A DNA stretch of 45,089 bases, the filler included, from Catajapyx aquilonaris (Eukaryota): the NCBI GenBank assembly GCA_000934665.2. It is 2 parts of 2 records of this genome, joined end to end, with 100 filler letters (N's around TTAATTAATTAA, not from the genome) between each part and the next. Parts side by side here need not be neighbours in the genome. Positions count along the whole stretch, not along the records: positions 22,598 to 45,089 come from JYFJ02005870.1; 1 more part is not named here. One strand, written 5' to 3'. The notes beneath the pieces were generated by a model that did no database searches, had not been told where the DNA came from, and saw only the letters and a program-made list of their open reading frames with translations. Made by a program: the position numbers and the translations under genes. Of the stretch, positions 24,318-36,674 are shown in pieces. Position 1 is the stretch's first letter. Every line of letters begins with the position of its first letter.

Positions 24318-26087
24318 CTAATGAAAAAAGGGTGGTGAATTACTAAACCACCAGCCCAACAAAAGCTCTACAAATCAGACCAAACTATTTTATTAATTTA
24401 GGAACTGCAATAGTTTCACTTCAGCAGGATCTGTTTGCCTATTATACCCACAATGGACACAGATACTGCCTAATGGCACTGGAACGGATTAACCTTTTGC
24501 TGCTGGCTCACATTGATGGGAAAGGCTGTCCTTGAAAAAGCCATGTTAACCTAGCAGGAACGGTTTAATGTTTTATGAAGGTTTGTACCCTCATTGTTCC
24601 TCTACATATCCGTGTGCAGATCATATCGATAACTTTATCAATTACAAAAATATTCAGTCACCCTGCACTTCAGGGTTACTTTGTAAGTGTTAATTTCCAT
24701 AAGGATAAACATGAGAAACAGAAAACATAACGAAGTTACCCCCCAAACTTTTCATTTTAGACAAATTTTTGTCTTTACAATATATTATTTGATAAAATTG
24801 ATCATATATTATGTAATATTATGAAAAAACATTTTTTGTCATATTTTTGGTATTTTCGTTCAAGTCCTTCACTTCATAAAGTTCTAGTCGACTGATTTCT
24901 TTGGATTTTCATTTGGATGTGTATAATTTCAAGTGGTACGGTACCCTAAAGGACTGGACCATAGATCAAAACAGTAAATAATATCCATGGACTGACTTAT
25001 TGTGACAAGTGGATGCTGTCACAAAGTCACCCAGCAAAAGTACGAATTCATCTAACATCCTCGTAACTCCTATAAAACAAATTCAATCTTGCATCATGTT
25101 ATATAACTTCTTAGCCAATGAATGTCTTCAAAATAGTCATGTTACTTGTTTTACTCTCATCACAACTATGCGAGTCACTATTAGGGAAAGTAATCGGTGT
25201 CAACAATCGGCATCCCAGTTTGCAAACTTGGAATATTACCCCCAACAATGAGCGAGATGTAGGAGCTTTCCAAGCTGGCCTCTAGGTGGCACCACATTCG
25301 CAGCCATCTACTGGTGCTGGTTTCAGTCTAAAAGCTAAAAGAGTGGCACAAGATTCGAAAAACTGATTTGTCACAAAGTCACCCCGCATGTCAGTCACCC
25401 CCACTTACGGTACTTTAAAAGTGTAGGCAAGAACCCTCCCACTGGGAAGAAACCAATCACATCGTAATCTAGTTTTGCTTGACTACAACAATATGGAAGG
25501 AAAAACCTTCCCATGATTTTTTCCTCTCTTTAACTTAAATTGTTTTGGAAAAATTCTTCACCAAGCATATTTTTATTTTTACACACTCAAGAAAACTGAG
25601 ACAAAAGGTGCCGCAAAAAATCCTGCTTATTGCTGTTGTCTGGTAAACTGATTCCCCCTACTTTTAGGAATCTGTTAATCTATCACAGCAGAATTAGCAA
25701 ATTCAGGTGTCTCATATGAGCCAGCTGTTTCAATAACTGGAAAGATCAGTGAGAGAGAGAACACAAGCAATTCATCAACTGGATTGTAATTGATATCCCC
25801 TGGAAAGTATGAACTGAGAAGAACAAACTGGCAACATTTTAAGTAGCAGTTTCAATTCGAAATGCCATACAACCTAGCTTCAGTGACTTAAACCAGGGTA
25901 TCACATAAGAGTATTTTCCCAAATCATCTTGGAACAAATATGCTGCTCATCCTTGGCCAAGAAAACAAACCTCTTGCGAGAACCTACTTAGCCAGGTGTC
26001 TTGCAAGGAAATAATGCTCTTTTTGTATTCTCTGTGATTAACCTAGTCCTGTTAGGTAATCTTTCTTTACTTGTGGGTACTTCCTGA

Positions 26088-26228
26088 AGGTGTGTTCACA
26101 AGTTTGAGAGAATCAACTATCGTGATAAGTCAATTCTAACACCTCTTTCATCCATTAACTTCTAACCCATGCTCAAATGCCCTTAATTCAATCAATAACA
26201 CAGTTTTCACGAGCTTGTGAACACACCT
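26088..26228. mobile_element. Harbinger/Tourist-like MITE
   Basis: TIR aggtgtgttcacaag / cttgtgaacacacct with 3-bp TGA on both sides. Confidence 0.65.
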
Positions 26229-26317
26229 TGAAGAGTGTTTTAAGATGGAGAAGGAAGTGGTTGTGGATCAATATCACTTCTACTCAAGAGTTCCTTGCAA
26301 TAGCATTGAAACCTTAC

Positions 26318-26624
26318 CGGAAGGCAGGATCAAGAACAAATTGATAGAGATGTAGCAAGGTGCAAGCCAGTGTGATGTCAGCAAGGGTGATTCGCTCTCC
26401 AACCAAGTATGTACGGGTGAGAAGGTAGGAATTAAGGGCCTGAAGGGCATGTTTCACATCTTCCTTCGCTCGGTTGCATGCTTTCTCATCAAATTTTATG
26501 ATTCCCAAGCAAGGGAACACCCATGTGCATGAGGCTGGCAGTATCTCACTATCAGCAAAGCTCATCCACTGGATCACCTGGGACTTCTCCAAGTCGGACT
26601 GTCCTCGGAGCTGGGCATTGGCAA
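26318..26624 (-). CDS. eEF1G: Elongation factor 1-gamma, coding exon 3 (GST-like domain)
   Basis: (V)ANAQLRGQSDLEKSQVIQWMSFADSEILPASCTWVFPCLG...TRTYLVGERITLADI...VLDPAF(R); ttccag acceptor, CG|gtaagg donor. Confidence 0.96.
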
Positions 26625-26650
26625 CTGGAAAGCACAAAAAAGTACTTTTA

Positions 26651-27392
26651 TTAGGTGCAGTCAATAAATATCAAGCTGTATTTATTGGGGAAGACCTACG
26701 GGACAGATAATAACACAGATTGGCAAGGATAACCTTCAAACCTCAAAGAAAATTATGTGCATGTGTATACGCGGCTAGAGGGAGCAGGTGTATCATCATG
26801 TGATCAAAAGGGAAGCGACCCACTGAATGCACCGTCCAAGAGCAATCCTGGCTTGCAGGAATGCCATGATAATTCCCACCCCCATAAAGCAAATTTCATC
26901 ACAGATCTTATCACTAAATTGAAGTCCTCTGCCACCCCCACACTACAGTACAGACCTACTGTATTTCTCTGCGACTTTCACGTTTTTGGTCAACTGAAGA
27001 AACCTTTGCATGGAGGTGGATTTCAGGTGGAAGACGAAGTTGAGGGGTTGCTAATATGGTTCCAGGAACAACCCAAGGACTTCTACGAGCAGGCCATTGT
27101 ATGCCATGTGTCTTAGTGGGATCAATGTCTAAATCACAGGCAATACTTTTGAAAAAAGTTAAATGTTACATTGATATAGCCATCAGCCCTTTTTTCATTG
27201 ACTGGACGGCGCTTTCTGCAGGCCGCTTCCCTTTTGATCACGTGATGCGACGTCTGCTCCCTATAGCCGAATATGCGCATGCGCGTAATTTTCTTTAAGG
27301 CTTGATGGTTTCCCCTGCCAATCGGTGTTGTCGTCTGTCCCCTAGTTTTCGCACAATAAACACGGCTCGTTATTTATTTTGACTGCACCTAA
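26651..27392. mobile_element. mariner-type foldback with ~190-bp arms around a decayed transposase 3' fragment
   Basis: TA-ttaggtgcagtcaa ... ttgactgcacctaa-TA; interior plus strand HDNSHPHKA...CDFHVFGQLKKPLHG...WFQEQPKDFYEQAI (mariner HDNA / DFHLF motifs). Confidence 0.8.
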
Positions 27393-27626
27393 TATAATGG
27401 GATTTAAAAATGCAACAGAGCATCATGATACTTTCAGTTGTTTGTTGTTATACAGTCATGTATTTTTTATATCATTACTGATGTTAGACACTTTCCTTGT
27501 GCTCATTAATTGCCGAGTTGGGTGCAAAAAGTCACTGTCACCAGTGCAAGTTGCTCCCTGCATCGTACATTTCCCAACAGCCATCTACTAAAATATACAG
27601 TACAATTTTATTGCAGTGTGGATTAA

Positions 27627-28481
27627 GGGACCACTACAGTCATCAACCTTCCATATTTTTTTTTCTTCTTCTTCTTTTTTTTTTACTTTTGAAAAAATTC
27701 AAGCGTCTTTTCCGGCGTCGAACGCGGCAAACCGCGCCCCGAAACTCAAAAAATTGGCGCGTCTGGAGCGGACACCTCGCAATCTTGCCTGGCAACGACC
27801 TTCTGTTCCCCCTCCTCTCCCCACCTACCCGCTGGCATGAGCGCTATCAGGTGCTGCTCCCGCGCGGATGCAGAGGCACTACACCAGTCCTGCTGTCAAC
27901 AGTGCGTCTGTGTCACACTAACATATTTTTTTGAAGCGCATTATCGCTCTGTTACATTACCCTACTTGTACCTTTCAACGCGTTTTTCTCAGTTTGCCGG
28001 ATTTGGACACTGTGGGCATCGCCCAGGCCACAAAAATTTAGCTACAAACTTCCCACTTCACCATATTTATCCTCAAACATGGCGCTATCGTTCGGCCCAA
28101 AAGAGCCTGCTCGAACTACTTCTATTTATACTTTCATTAAATGTATTCTCAAAACTGGTTAATTTGGTAGTTATCGTCAAAGAAATACAAAAACGATTTC
28201 AAAAATTACAATTCTGGGTCAAACGAAAACTACATGCTCAAGGAAGCCTGAGGTCAAATCTGACGGTTGCAGGTTGACCCCAGTGCCCTAAATTGTGGTT
28301 ACGGTGGCGTGACGTCACGTGGCCCTGGAGGCCCTTCGACACACGAACGTGATTCGATTATAGGCGCTAATAGGTCTTTGACTTATGTACATTCATGAAA
28401 ATGAAGTCCCAACTTCTTGTATCTAATGGGGTTTTTTTGGCGATTGCTTACAAAACCCTTGATTTTGACTGTAGTGCCCCC
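27627..28481. mobile_element. TTAA-flanked non-autonomous element with GG..CC termini (Kolobok-like)
   Basis: TTAA-gggaccactacagtca ... tgactgtagtgccccc-TTAA. Confidence 0.7.
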
Positions 28482-29547
28482 TTAAATCGCTGATAAATGA
28501 GTGGGTTTTGTTTTATAGATTACACACACACACTATAAACTAAAAATAAGTTGCATGAATAAGTAGCGTCACGACGGTCTCAAACTGTGTGCCGGAACGT
28601 GCGCCATGGGACCGAGGGACTGTGGGACCACAGCCGGCGAGCAATGTGTTGTGGATTCTGGAATAGTGCCAAATTAACATCCGTAACTTGGCACCGCCCA
28701 TGCTAAACAATAAATCACGGACGGCATCACATAACAGTGCAACATCACTTTTGCGTCTAATAGTACAGGTAGTCCCCAACCTCACTAGATGCATCAGAAA
28801 TTTGGCCTAACACCACCTTATCAGCTGCAATGCATACCACGAATGATAGTAATTCATAGTGGTGTTGACAATTTTTACGGAATCCTTGCTCACTTGAGTT
28901 CGTCCTCTCCTGGGAGTTTAAGGATAGAAGAGCAGTTTTTGCAGTGAACAAACTGGTAGTACTGGTTTCCCTTTTCCATTGAAACTATACGCTTTCCCAT
29001 TTTCCTTGCAGGAGTGGGGTTTTCAGTTCATTTTGCAGCGCTATTAGAGGCTCCACCCCTCATCCCCCTCTTAGCAACGCCTCTGGTTTTTGAGCATTCT
29101 ACTAGGGCCCAAATAAGAGATGCACCCTCCTGCTAATAGTCCCAGCTTTAATGACAGCTTGAAATTCACGTGGGTGCCGTATTTCTGTATACCGGAACGA
29201 TCTTTGCCGTGAGAATGGTATACATGTACTCCAGATTATCCGTGCTAATGAACGCACACCTACAATACTGACTTGCAGATGGTATTTGTTGACCACAAAA
29301 TACACCACCTCCCATTCGGTAGGCCTACATGAATTACAGTGCAGGCCTTGACATCACGCCATAAGGGAACTCGATGTCAAACACCGATGTACTGTGCAGG
29401 GTGACAAATAAGGGATACACATAAGATTAGCAGCGGCGGAAACAATACATGCTGTCTTATAGTCTGCTGTGCAAGTAGCCCGGCAGATGTGTTATGCCTT
29501 GGATGATCTCACATGGAATTGCCCAACAGCAACATGATCACACTCAC

Positions 29548-29761
29548 CATAATATGCAATGGCATTGCTCTCGGTGAGATATTTTCCATCAGAGGTCTCA
29601 AAGGCTGGGACCTTCCCAAGGGGAAATTTCCTGAGGAAGTCGTCGGTCTTGTTGGTCTCCCCAAACACGAAATCTTGTGCCACCTTGACGTTGGCACCCG
29701 AGTATTTGGCTGCTACCAGGACCTTGTAGGCCCGGAAGTTTTCTGGATACGTGTACAGGGT
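29548..29761 (-). CDS. eEF1G: Elongation factor 1-gamma, coding exon 2 (GST-N domain)
   Basis: [22 protein letters not shown]...[14 protein letters not shown]...[10 protein letters not shown]; ggcag acceptor, G|gtgagt donor. Confidence 0.97.
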
Positions 29762-30174
29762 CTGCCCCAGCAAGAAAAAGTATTGTCAGTTGATCTTGTT
29801 TTGCACTTGTTAATGTTTCTTGTATATCAAGATAGAAATTTCTCTGGCCATTACCATAGTAACGCAACTTTAACCAACCACCGATTTTTCAAGCACTTAT
29901 CAGGTTAACAGCCAAAGAATAGCTTAAATCTTGGACTAGACACCCCACAAATAGTGTAGATTTGGCTGCCCAACTGCTAGCAAAATTATGGATCCTGTCA
30001 TTGCCGGCACCGAACGCAACAAGAATGAACACTATCTAATCACGCCCCACATGTGAAACGAATTGCCAACAGTCAAGAGCCCCTCCCCAACCCATAAAAA
30101 CCCGAATGGATCTCACTGCATATGAGATGGTATGAGATTCAAACGGATTAGAAAGCAGACATGTGGACACTCAC

Positions 30175-30186
30175 TCCCGACACCAT
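30175..30186 (-). CDS. eEF1G: Elongation factor 1-gamma, coding exon 1 (MVSG)
   Basis: caaaaATG GTG TCG GGA|gtgagt, phase 0 into TLYTY; resembles the MAAG|TLYTY start of animal eEF1G. Confidence 0.88.
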
Positions 30187-30200
30187 TTTTGGAGCTCGCC

Positions 30201-30218
30201 GAAGAGAAAAGGAGGAGG
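30201..30218 (-). promoter_or_regulatory. 5'TOP / TCT polypyrimidine initiator of eEF1G
   Basis: Minus strand cctcctccttttctcttc about 15 nt upstream of the ATG, as expected for translation-factor mRNAs. Confidence 0.7.
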
Positions 30219-30867
30219 ATCAGCTAGCCTCGGCTGCCGTCAGAGGGCGAAAGAAGTGGTGACGTAGCCGGCATCAACGACCTCTGCGCACAAACAGCTA
30301 CAGCTCCATATCGCTACCATCATTTTAAAACAAATGCGGGAAGAACTGGGCATAATTTCAGACCTAGAGTCAACGCTCCGAGCTGCTTACCGCCCGAAGA
30401 ATACCAGAGAGCCAGAGAGTGTACTTTAGCAAATATGCTGACCTAAGATGTCCTGCTACGGGATTACTACTTACTAATTAATTATTGTAAGCCGCGATTG
30501 TAACACTAATATATTTGTCCAGCAAAATTTTCGAATCCAGCTGTTGTAGTCAGCGTAGTTTGACGGAGAGCTTGATATTCTTCTCAATAAAGGGGCCATA
30601 ATAATCATTACCGGATCATTACTGTTGGTGATAGTGTCGATAAAATAACTAAGTATCATAAGCCCAGCAGCCGTGGGAACACAACCAACTCAGTGCGTTC
30701 AATTGCCTGCTACTCACGCGCAATCAATTTTCCATTTTATACATAACTCAATATTTAACACAGTACTCTCTCATTGCATATTTCTGACGATTAGCGTCCG
30801 TACACGACACACATATCGAGTCAACACGTAGGGTACGACTGCTGCGGAGAAACTCTTCCCCACTCAA

Positions 30868-31008
30868 CCAATCAGGCGACGCTCCCTTGCCCCCCCACCA
30901 CCCTCCCAACCCAACCTGCTCCCGCTTCATCTGTCCACACTTGCCACTGCAGAGAGAGAGCCTGCAGCCAGCCAGGCCGCCAGCCAATCAGCGGACGACA
31001 TTATAAAA
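30868..31008 (+). promoter_or_regulatory. Calcineurin B proximal promoter: two CCAAT boxes and a TATA box
   Basis: aaCCAATca 30868, agCCAATca 30984, TATAAAA 31002-31008 in a GC-rich stretch ~165 nt before the ATG. Confidence 0.6.
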
Positions 31009-31169
31009 AGACTCGCTCTGGGCCACCCCTTGGCTGCTTCCAGCTGAGTCTCGCGATCGGACCTGCTACAAGGAATAAACAGTGGCTTTCATTTGACCTG
31101 ACCTGCCAGCCTGCCCACCTGAGGAGAACAGGAGTTAATCTACGGGGAGGTTAACAAAGCACACTCAAA

Positions 31170-31172
31170 ATG
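31170..31172 (+). CDS. CanB: Calcineurin B, coding exon 1 (ATG only)
   Basis: caaaATG|gtaact; supplies the Met missing from the next exon (GNDSS...). Confidence 0.8.
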
Positions 31173-31432
31173 GTAACTGAGTTGGGGACGAAAGTTGTGC
31201 AGCGCTGGCTGGCGACCCTGCTTTTTAAGCCTAGTGGTAGTCATAGGAAACGGGAGGGTAGGGCCAAATGACCTGTGGAACAGGGGCGGGTGATATTTTG
31301 CCAGATAACACTTGCCATACCAGGCCAGTTTGCCCGCATTGACTGAAGCTAATTTTTAGGATAATATATTGCCCTGCAAGTAACAGTCATAATTGGAATG
31401 TGATCTGTATTATAACTAAGTTTCAATTGCAG

Positions 31433-31472
31433 GGAAATGACAGCTCACTCCCTATGGAGATGTGCTCCAACT
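31433..31472 (+). CDS. CanB: Calcineurin B, coding exon 2
   Basis: ttgcag|GGA AAT GAC AGC TCA...=GNDSSLPMEMCSN + T|gtgagt; gives the MGxxxS myristoylation motif. Confidence 0.92.
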
Positions 31473-32509
31473 GTGAGTATTGACTACTCACCTCCTACAG
31501 CGCACACCTTCTGTTAGTTGCAGGCACAGTCCCACAGTTGCCATCTTGGTGTTAGGAGTTAATGGCATGCGTGGCTTGCTAACTGTTGTTGCTTACTAAG
31601 GATGAACTTTGAACATCACTTTGCAGCGTCAGTGTTGTGTGGGTTTCTTCACTTTATTTTCTGCTATTCTATGGGCTTAGAAAGTGCAGTGAAACCTGTT
31701 TAGAGCGGAACTTGCATTCAGCTAGAATTTGTACCAAAACTTCTGATTATTGCTGGAATTGAATTTTCAGTGAATTTCAGTTGTACAAAACAGAAACCTG
31801 TGCCTGCAGAACATTACTCGGCTATAAATATGTTCCACTGCATGCTATAATGACTGATCAAATTATGTTCCAAATGGGCAGTATTTATACTTCAAGACCT
31901 CATTGCAACACACAAGGGGATAATCAGCGTTTTAGCTTTATTTTTAATTGTTGGCAACAGTAAATTTGATTATATCCAAAGATGATAAATGTTCAGTTGG
32001 CAATCAACCTTGAGTGAAGCCTATTTGGGGCATGTGGGAATCCACTTTCAGTTGCCAGTTTTGGGCTACCATATTTTATCGTGTCATCACTGGTTTTGTG
32101 TAATTTTTTTTGTAATGGATCAAACTGGGTTTGCGGGACTTAATGAACAGTTGTTACAAGAAAATATTACAGACACACAATGTGTCGGAGAATTATGCCC
32201 CAGTCAAGTAGAGTATTTATGAGAATAATTGCTGAAATTTGTGTAAATATAATAGAGCCTGGTAAATATGTCAAGGTGACATGCAAATATTTGCATGTTT
32301 TATTTGGAAGTCGGTCAGAGTAATGTGAAAGACATTTTCAGGGTTGTAAAAGCAGGTGTGAGAGTCGAATTTAGACATACTTTCCATAATCCTGTGTGGC
32401 CCATTTTGAGGTCAGCCATTACCCAAATAATTGGTAAAGTAACAGTATATTGATACTGTTGTACCTGTACATCATGCCACACATACTGGGAGTGCCATCA
32501 TAACTTAAC

Positions 32510-32763
32510 TTTTTTTGGTAATGTCCAGGTCGGCAGGCAGGGTGTCTGGCATGGGATGTCCGAAGTGCTAGTGCAATGACCTACCTCGGTCATTTTGTCA
32601 ACTCCCCTGGGTGGATTAGTCTAGTGAAGATTCCACCCGAGACGAAGGCAGAGACGACCCAACTCTGAACGAGATGAAGGGGGTAAATAAAAGCCCAGGC
32701 TTGGGATTGAACCCAGGACCCTTCTATCTGTGGGCGTGAATGTTACCATGGCGCCACTCTGCC
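32510..32763 (-). mobile_element. tRNA-derived SINE
   Basis: Minus-strand head ggcagag-TGGCGCCATGG (A box) ... GGTTCAATCCC (B box), ~180-nt unrelated body, short A-tail. Confidence 0.65.
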
Positions 32764-32884
32764 TCCTGTCTTGGGCTCAGTACTTTGTGACACACAGCCT
32801 TCCCTAGTAAAGCATTCATGTAATTATCTAGGTCACCTGTAGGACATAATTACTTATAACCGTGCAATACACAGGCTCTGTTAA

Positions 32885-33712
32885 CCCTAATAAGATGGGT
32901 GTTTTTGCAAGAATCTACAAAAAAATCACTTGCATTGTCATTTGAGAGACCACACGTATCTAATCTAGTGAGTAACATCGTGTAGTGTCTAGGCTTGATC
33001 CTGAGACCATTTATGGGACCCTCTAGAGTCTAGACATACCACGCGGAGATTTAAATTCTGAAATGTCTCAACAGATGCTGCAGGGTATTTTTTTTTTCTC
33101 CAATTTTTTGTCACTCCAGGGCTGACAAGAAGTGTATGGCTGTGTCGTGCTGGCGCTACTGAACAGACCAGTATGCATGAATAATACATCACAGGACAGG
33201 CATCCCAACGAGAGAGACAAACCTACAGCCCCCAACCGAATGTAAACATCCCTTGCTCCACAGCTGTTCAAAAGCCCCACGGGGCATGCTCCCTTCCATC
33301 CTGAGGGAGGCCGGCCGGGAGTTGCGACCAGTTGCCAGCCGCTAATTGGCATTTACGAACATTATTTATTTTAAAACTATTGAATTATCTTTTGCACTAA
33401 TTTTAGGGTGGAATCTCTCGAGGAGGTTTGGGGGCAACTCTGTATACCATAATTTGCCGGCCAACAGGATAATTTTTTGGGAGGGGGGGGGGGGGTTTCC
33501 ATCACCCGCAAAAAGATAATGTCATTCAAGTTAGTCTGGTTAATCTGGTTTATTTATGCAAGATTTTTCAGACCAAAATTCGCGATTTTTTAAGCGAGAG
33601 ATATAAGAAAGCCACACAGAAACCACGTTACATAGTGGGAAAACGCTATAGTTTCGCCAGCAGAATTTTTTAAAGCCAGCATATCAGCATATGATACGCC
33701 CGTCTTATTAGG
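32885..33712. mobile_element. piggyBac-like non-autonomous element
   Basis: TTAA-ccctaataagatgggtgt ... acgcccgtcttattaggg-TTAG. Confidence 0.7.
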
Positions 33713-34476
33713 GTTAGGTCCGAGATTAGGTCTATTTTATACGTCATTACCCCTGAGGTTCAAAATTATTTGTAGATTGAATTATTGCTTAGCTGACTTG
33801 AAGACCTCGGGGGGAAGAACGATCAAGGTGCACTTCATGTGAAACTGAGATGTTGCAATTTCAAACCTGCAAAAATGCACGAAAATCTTACAAAACAGCG
33901 TCAAAAGGGTAGAAATTGGTGAAAATAGACGCTAATAGGCCATTTACGCTCCAACGCCCGAAATAGGAATTTTTAGGTTCTGTAAAACTGCTATTTTTGA
34001 GGTCCTTCTGCTTTGAAACGGACAGATATTTTGGTTCCAGGGTTCTGATTACGGAATAAAAAGTCAGTAAAAACCTAGAAATCCGTTCTCTAGTATTAAT
34101 ATTTCAAGCTAAGAACAATGCATTGCACAGAATCTAGCATGCTACCTTGATTTGCTTTATTTGGTGCACAAGGCTTGGTTCCTTTTGGTAATGCCTGAGT
34201 AGTGCAAATGAGAGAGAGATGGCAGAAAATAAAAGTGTAGGTGCAATTGCAGTGTCTGACACCAGGCCTTTTTGTGTGTTAACTCTGGTATGTGTAAGAA
34301 AACAGAAGTTCCATCTGAGATGGAGCCAGAAGGCCCTCGACTCAGTACAAATGAAACATGGCCCTAGCTTTGAATGTGACCATGAAGAAGGGTGTTAACG
34401 TTACTTCCATTCCATTTTGCATTACCCAAATATTGTGGATGAGCATGCATGATTCGGGCATTACAGATATGTATTA

Positions 34477-35236
34477 CAGTTGACTCTGGATATAAGAGCT
34501 TCAGCTATAAGCAACCCTTGGGTATAGCCTACTCAAAAGGCTGGTGCACCATACTTCCATATATGAGGCCCTGTGTATTTTTACGGGATATAGCCAACTG
34601 ATTTTTTGCTGCACATCGGTTATGGGAAACCATTTCTTGGCTCCCACCCTGCTTTTGATTACCCGGAATCACTTCCTACGTAGAGTAAGGCATTGTATAC
34701 TGGAGCAAGGGTGATTATCCCATCTGTCACTATCGAGGCATCCTAGTCACAGGTTTTGCATCTCAAGGTTGAAACACGCACATGCTCTGTTCACCATATG
34801 GGAGTCGTAATGAACTGCCTACCTTGTGCTGAGTCACAGAGTTGGCCTTGGTTTCCAGCTATGCATTGGTCACGTCTGAGTCAGGCAGTGGGCAGTGAGA
34901 TGAAGACGGCCAAGATGTCATGCAGAAGTTTAAGAGGCACTCTTTTACACTCCTGGAAAAGGTCAAAATAATATTTTTTCTGGTACATTTGGCAGCAAGG
35001 ATATGGCAGAAGAAAATTTCGTAAACTTTTGGACCCGAGTAATTTATGGGGAAGCTAATTTTGCATTTCTATGGTTAGTTTCATTAATCAGTATGCAGTA
35101 ATGTGCATTACAGGGTTACGACAGGCAGAAAACTTGTGTATTTGTTGCAAAAGTAGCGATTTGGATATTAGAAACCTTGGTTATAGGATACTGATTTTCG
35201 TGGTCCCTTAAAGCCTCTTGTATCTGGAGTCGACTA
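34477..35236. mobile_element. pogo/Tigger-like MITE (decayed)
   Basis: ta-cagttgactctggatataagag ... ctcttgtatctggagtcgacta. Confidence 0.5.
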
Positions 35237-35731
35237 TTACTTTAAAACTGATTGCCTGGTCTCTCATGGATTCTGTACGCACGACGTCACATAATTTTTA
35301 CATAGTGTCACATGGTTACTTACATGAACATATTTTTCAGCAATTTTTTTCACAAAGAGTACTAGACTGGGTGATGCATTGTTCATGAGAGTGCTTAATC
35401 AGAATATGCTGTTATGCATTCTATGTTTACATTTAAATGTTTGTGATAATTGTCACGGGATCGTGTAAACCTGCTTGAGGGTGAAATAATTGGATGGGAT
35501 GTCACAATCAAAATCCATCACAGCACAGGCAAATGATTAGTCGGTTATAGAAAAGATGATCCCCTAAAAGGCCCAATTGGATGGGATGTTAGGAGAGAAT
35601 GCTTTCCCACTGTTTCTCAAGTGTAACATCCATCACATGAAGGAATGTAAAAACCAAAGTCTGTCCAGAGTTAGTTCAAAGTAGCGTTGGTGTAGTCTAA
35701 CTTGTAGGCATATATACATGGTGGTTGGTAA

Positions 35732-36419
35732 ATGTCACACAAGCTTTACATAACGAGACTCCTAGTCCGAGTGGCCTATGATGCGTGGTTATCGCTCATG
35801 AGGCCTCTGAAAGTTAGAGCCAAATCATGATGTCATATTCGCCCGCACCATTCAAACACTACCATATTGCTACTGTATGCAGTGCTTGAAGCTATAAGAC
35901 TATAAGGCAGTGGCTTGAAGCAAGCAAGCAATTCTGATAGTGGATGATGCAGGCCGTGGAGGTCATTGTGAGAGTAGCACGAACATGTCCTGTATAGTCT
36001 GACTATTTTCAGAAAGGGACAGACAGCCACGGTGTCCTCTCCCTCCAGCCCAATGAGCGTCAAGTATCCCTTTCGATCCTGCCTCTGAGTAGTGCTTTAT
36101 GAAACGTTGCCATACGTCACGTCCCTTTCTGAAAATGGTCAGAATATACAACACCACCATGGTCAAGTCACACCTCATCATTTATCCCGGTTGTCCCATT
36201 CGATCCTGTGAACATTGGTAATTGGTGTCACTGCATACGACCTGCATACAGTGGAGATACGGTAGTGTTTGAATGGTGCTGGTGGAAGTTACATCATAAT
36301 TTGGCTCTAACTTTTGGATGCCTCATGAGTACTAACCATTCATCGTAGGCCACTCGGACCTTCACTTCCCTATACTGGTTTTTCCCTAGGAGTCCTGTTA
36401 TGTGAAGCTTGTGTGTCAT
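35732..36419. mobile_element. ~690-bp foldback element
   Basis: Arms pair: cacacaagct/agcttgtgtg, tccgagtggccta/taggccactcgga, aaagttagagccaaat/atttggctctaacttt, gcaccattcaaacactacc/ggtagtgtttgaatggtgc. Confidence 0.75.
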
Positions 36420-36438
36420 CTACCAACCACCCTGTATT

Positions 36439-36674
36439 CAGTGTGTTCCAATATGCTGGTCCTTTTAGTTATCACAAAATTTTGCCTGAAGCTGTAATTT
36501 TTTAGTATTTCATTGCGCTGCAGTCTCAGCCCAATTATTCCCAGGTGTGGTTGAGTGTAGCAGCTGCTATATAATTGGTCACCTGGAGCAGGGCGCAAAT
36601 AAAACTACACAAGGATAACAACCGTGGGCAAAATTTGAGGTAACTAAAAGGACCTGGTCACTTGGAACACACTG
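36439..36674. mobile_element. Tc1-like MITE
   Basis: cagtgtgttccaa...ggtccttttagtta versus taactaaaaggacc...ttggaacacactg-TA. Confidence 0.65.

Noticed and set aside
26087..26229. Long-stem intronic snoRNA or miRNA in eEF1G
   Set aside because: No D box; a TGA target duplication and Harbinger-type termini explain it as a MITE.
27497..28277. 145-146 aa plus-strand ORFs inside eEF1G intron 2
   Set aside because: They lie within or across the TTAA-flanked non-autonomous element and show no transposase or other motif.
23979..29908. Antisense or alternate-frame ORFs over real exons (23979-24338, 26474-26710, 29513-29908; likewise 7112-7588 and 42534-42749)
   Set aside because: Shadows of the eEF1G, IR and CanB coding exons.
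32695..32763. tRNA gene
   Set aside because: A and B boxes are present, but there is no clean cloverleaf or immediate T-run terminator after a proper acceptor stem; it continues into a body and A-tail like a SINE.
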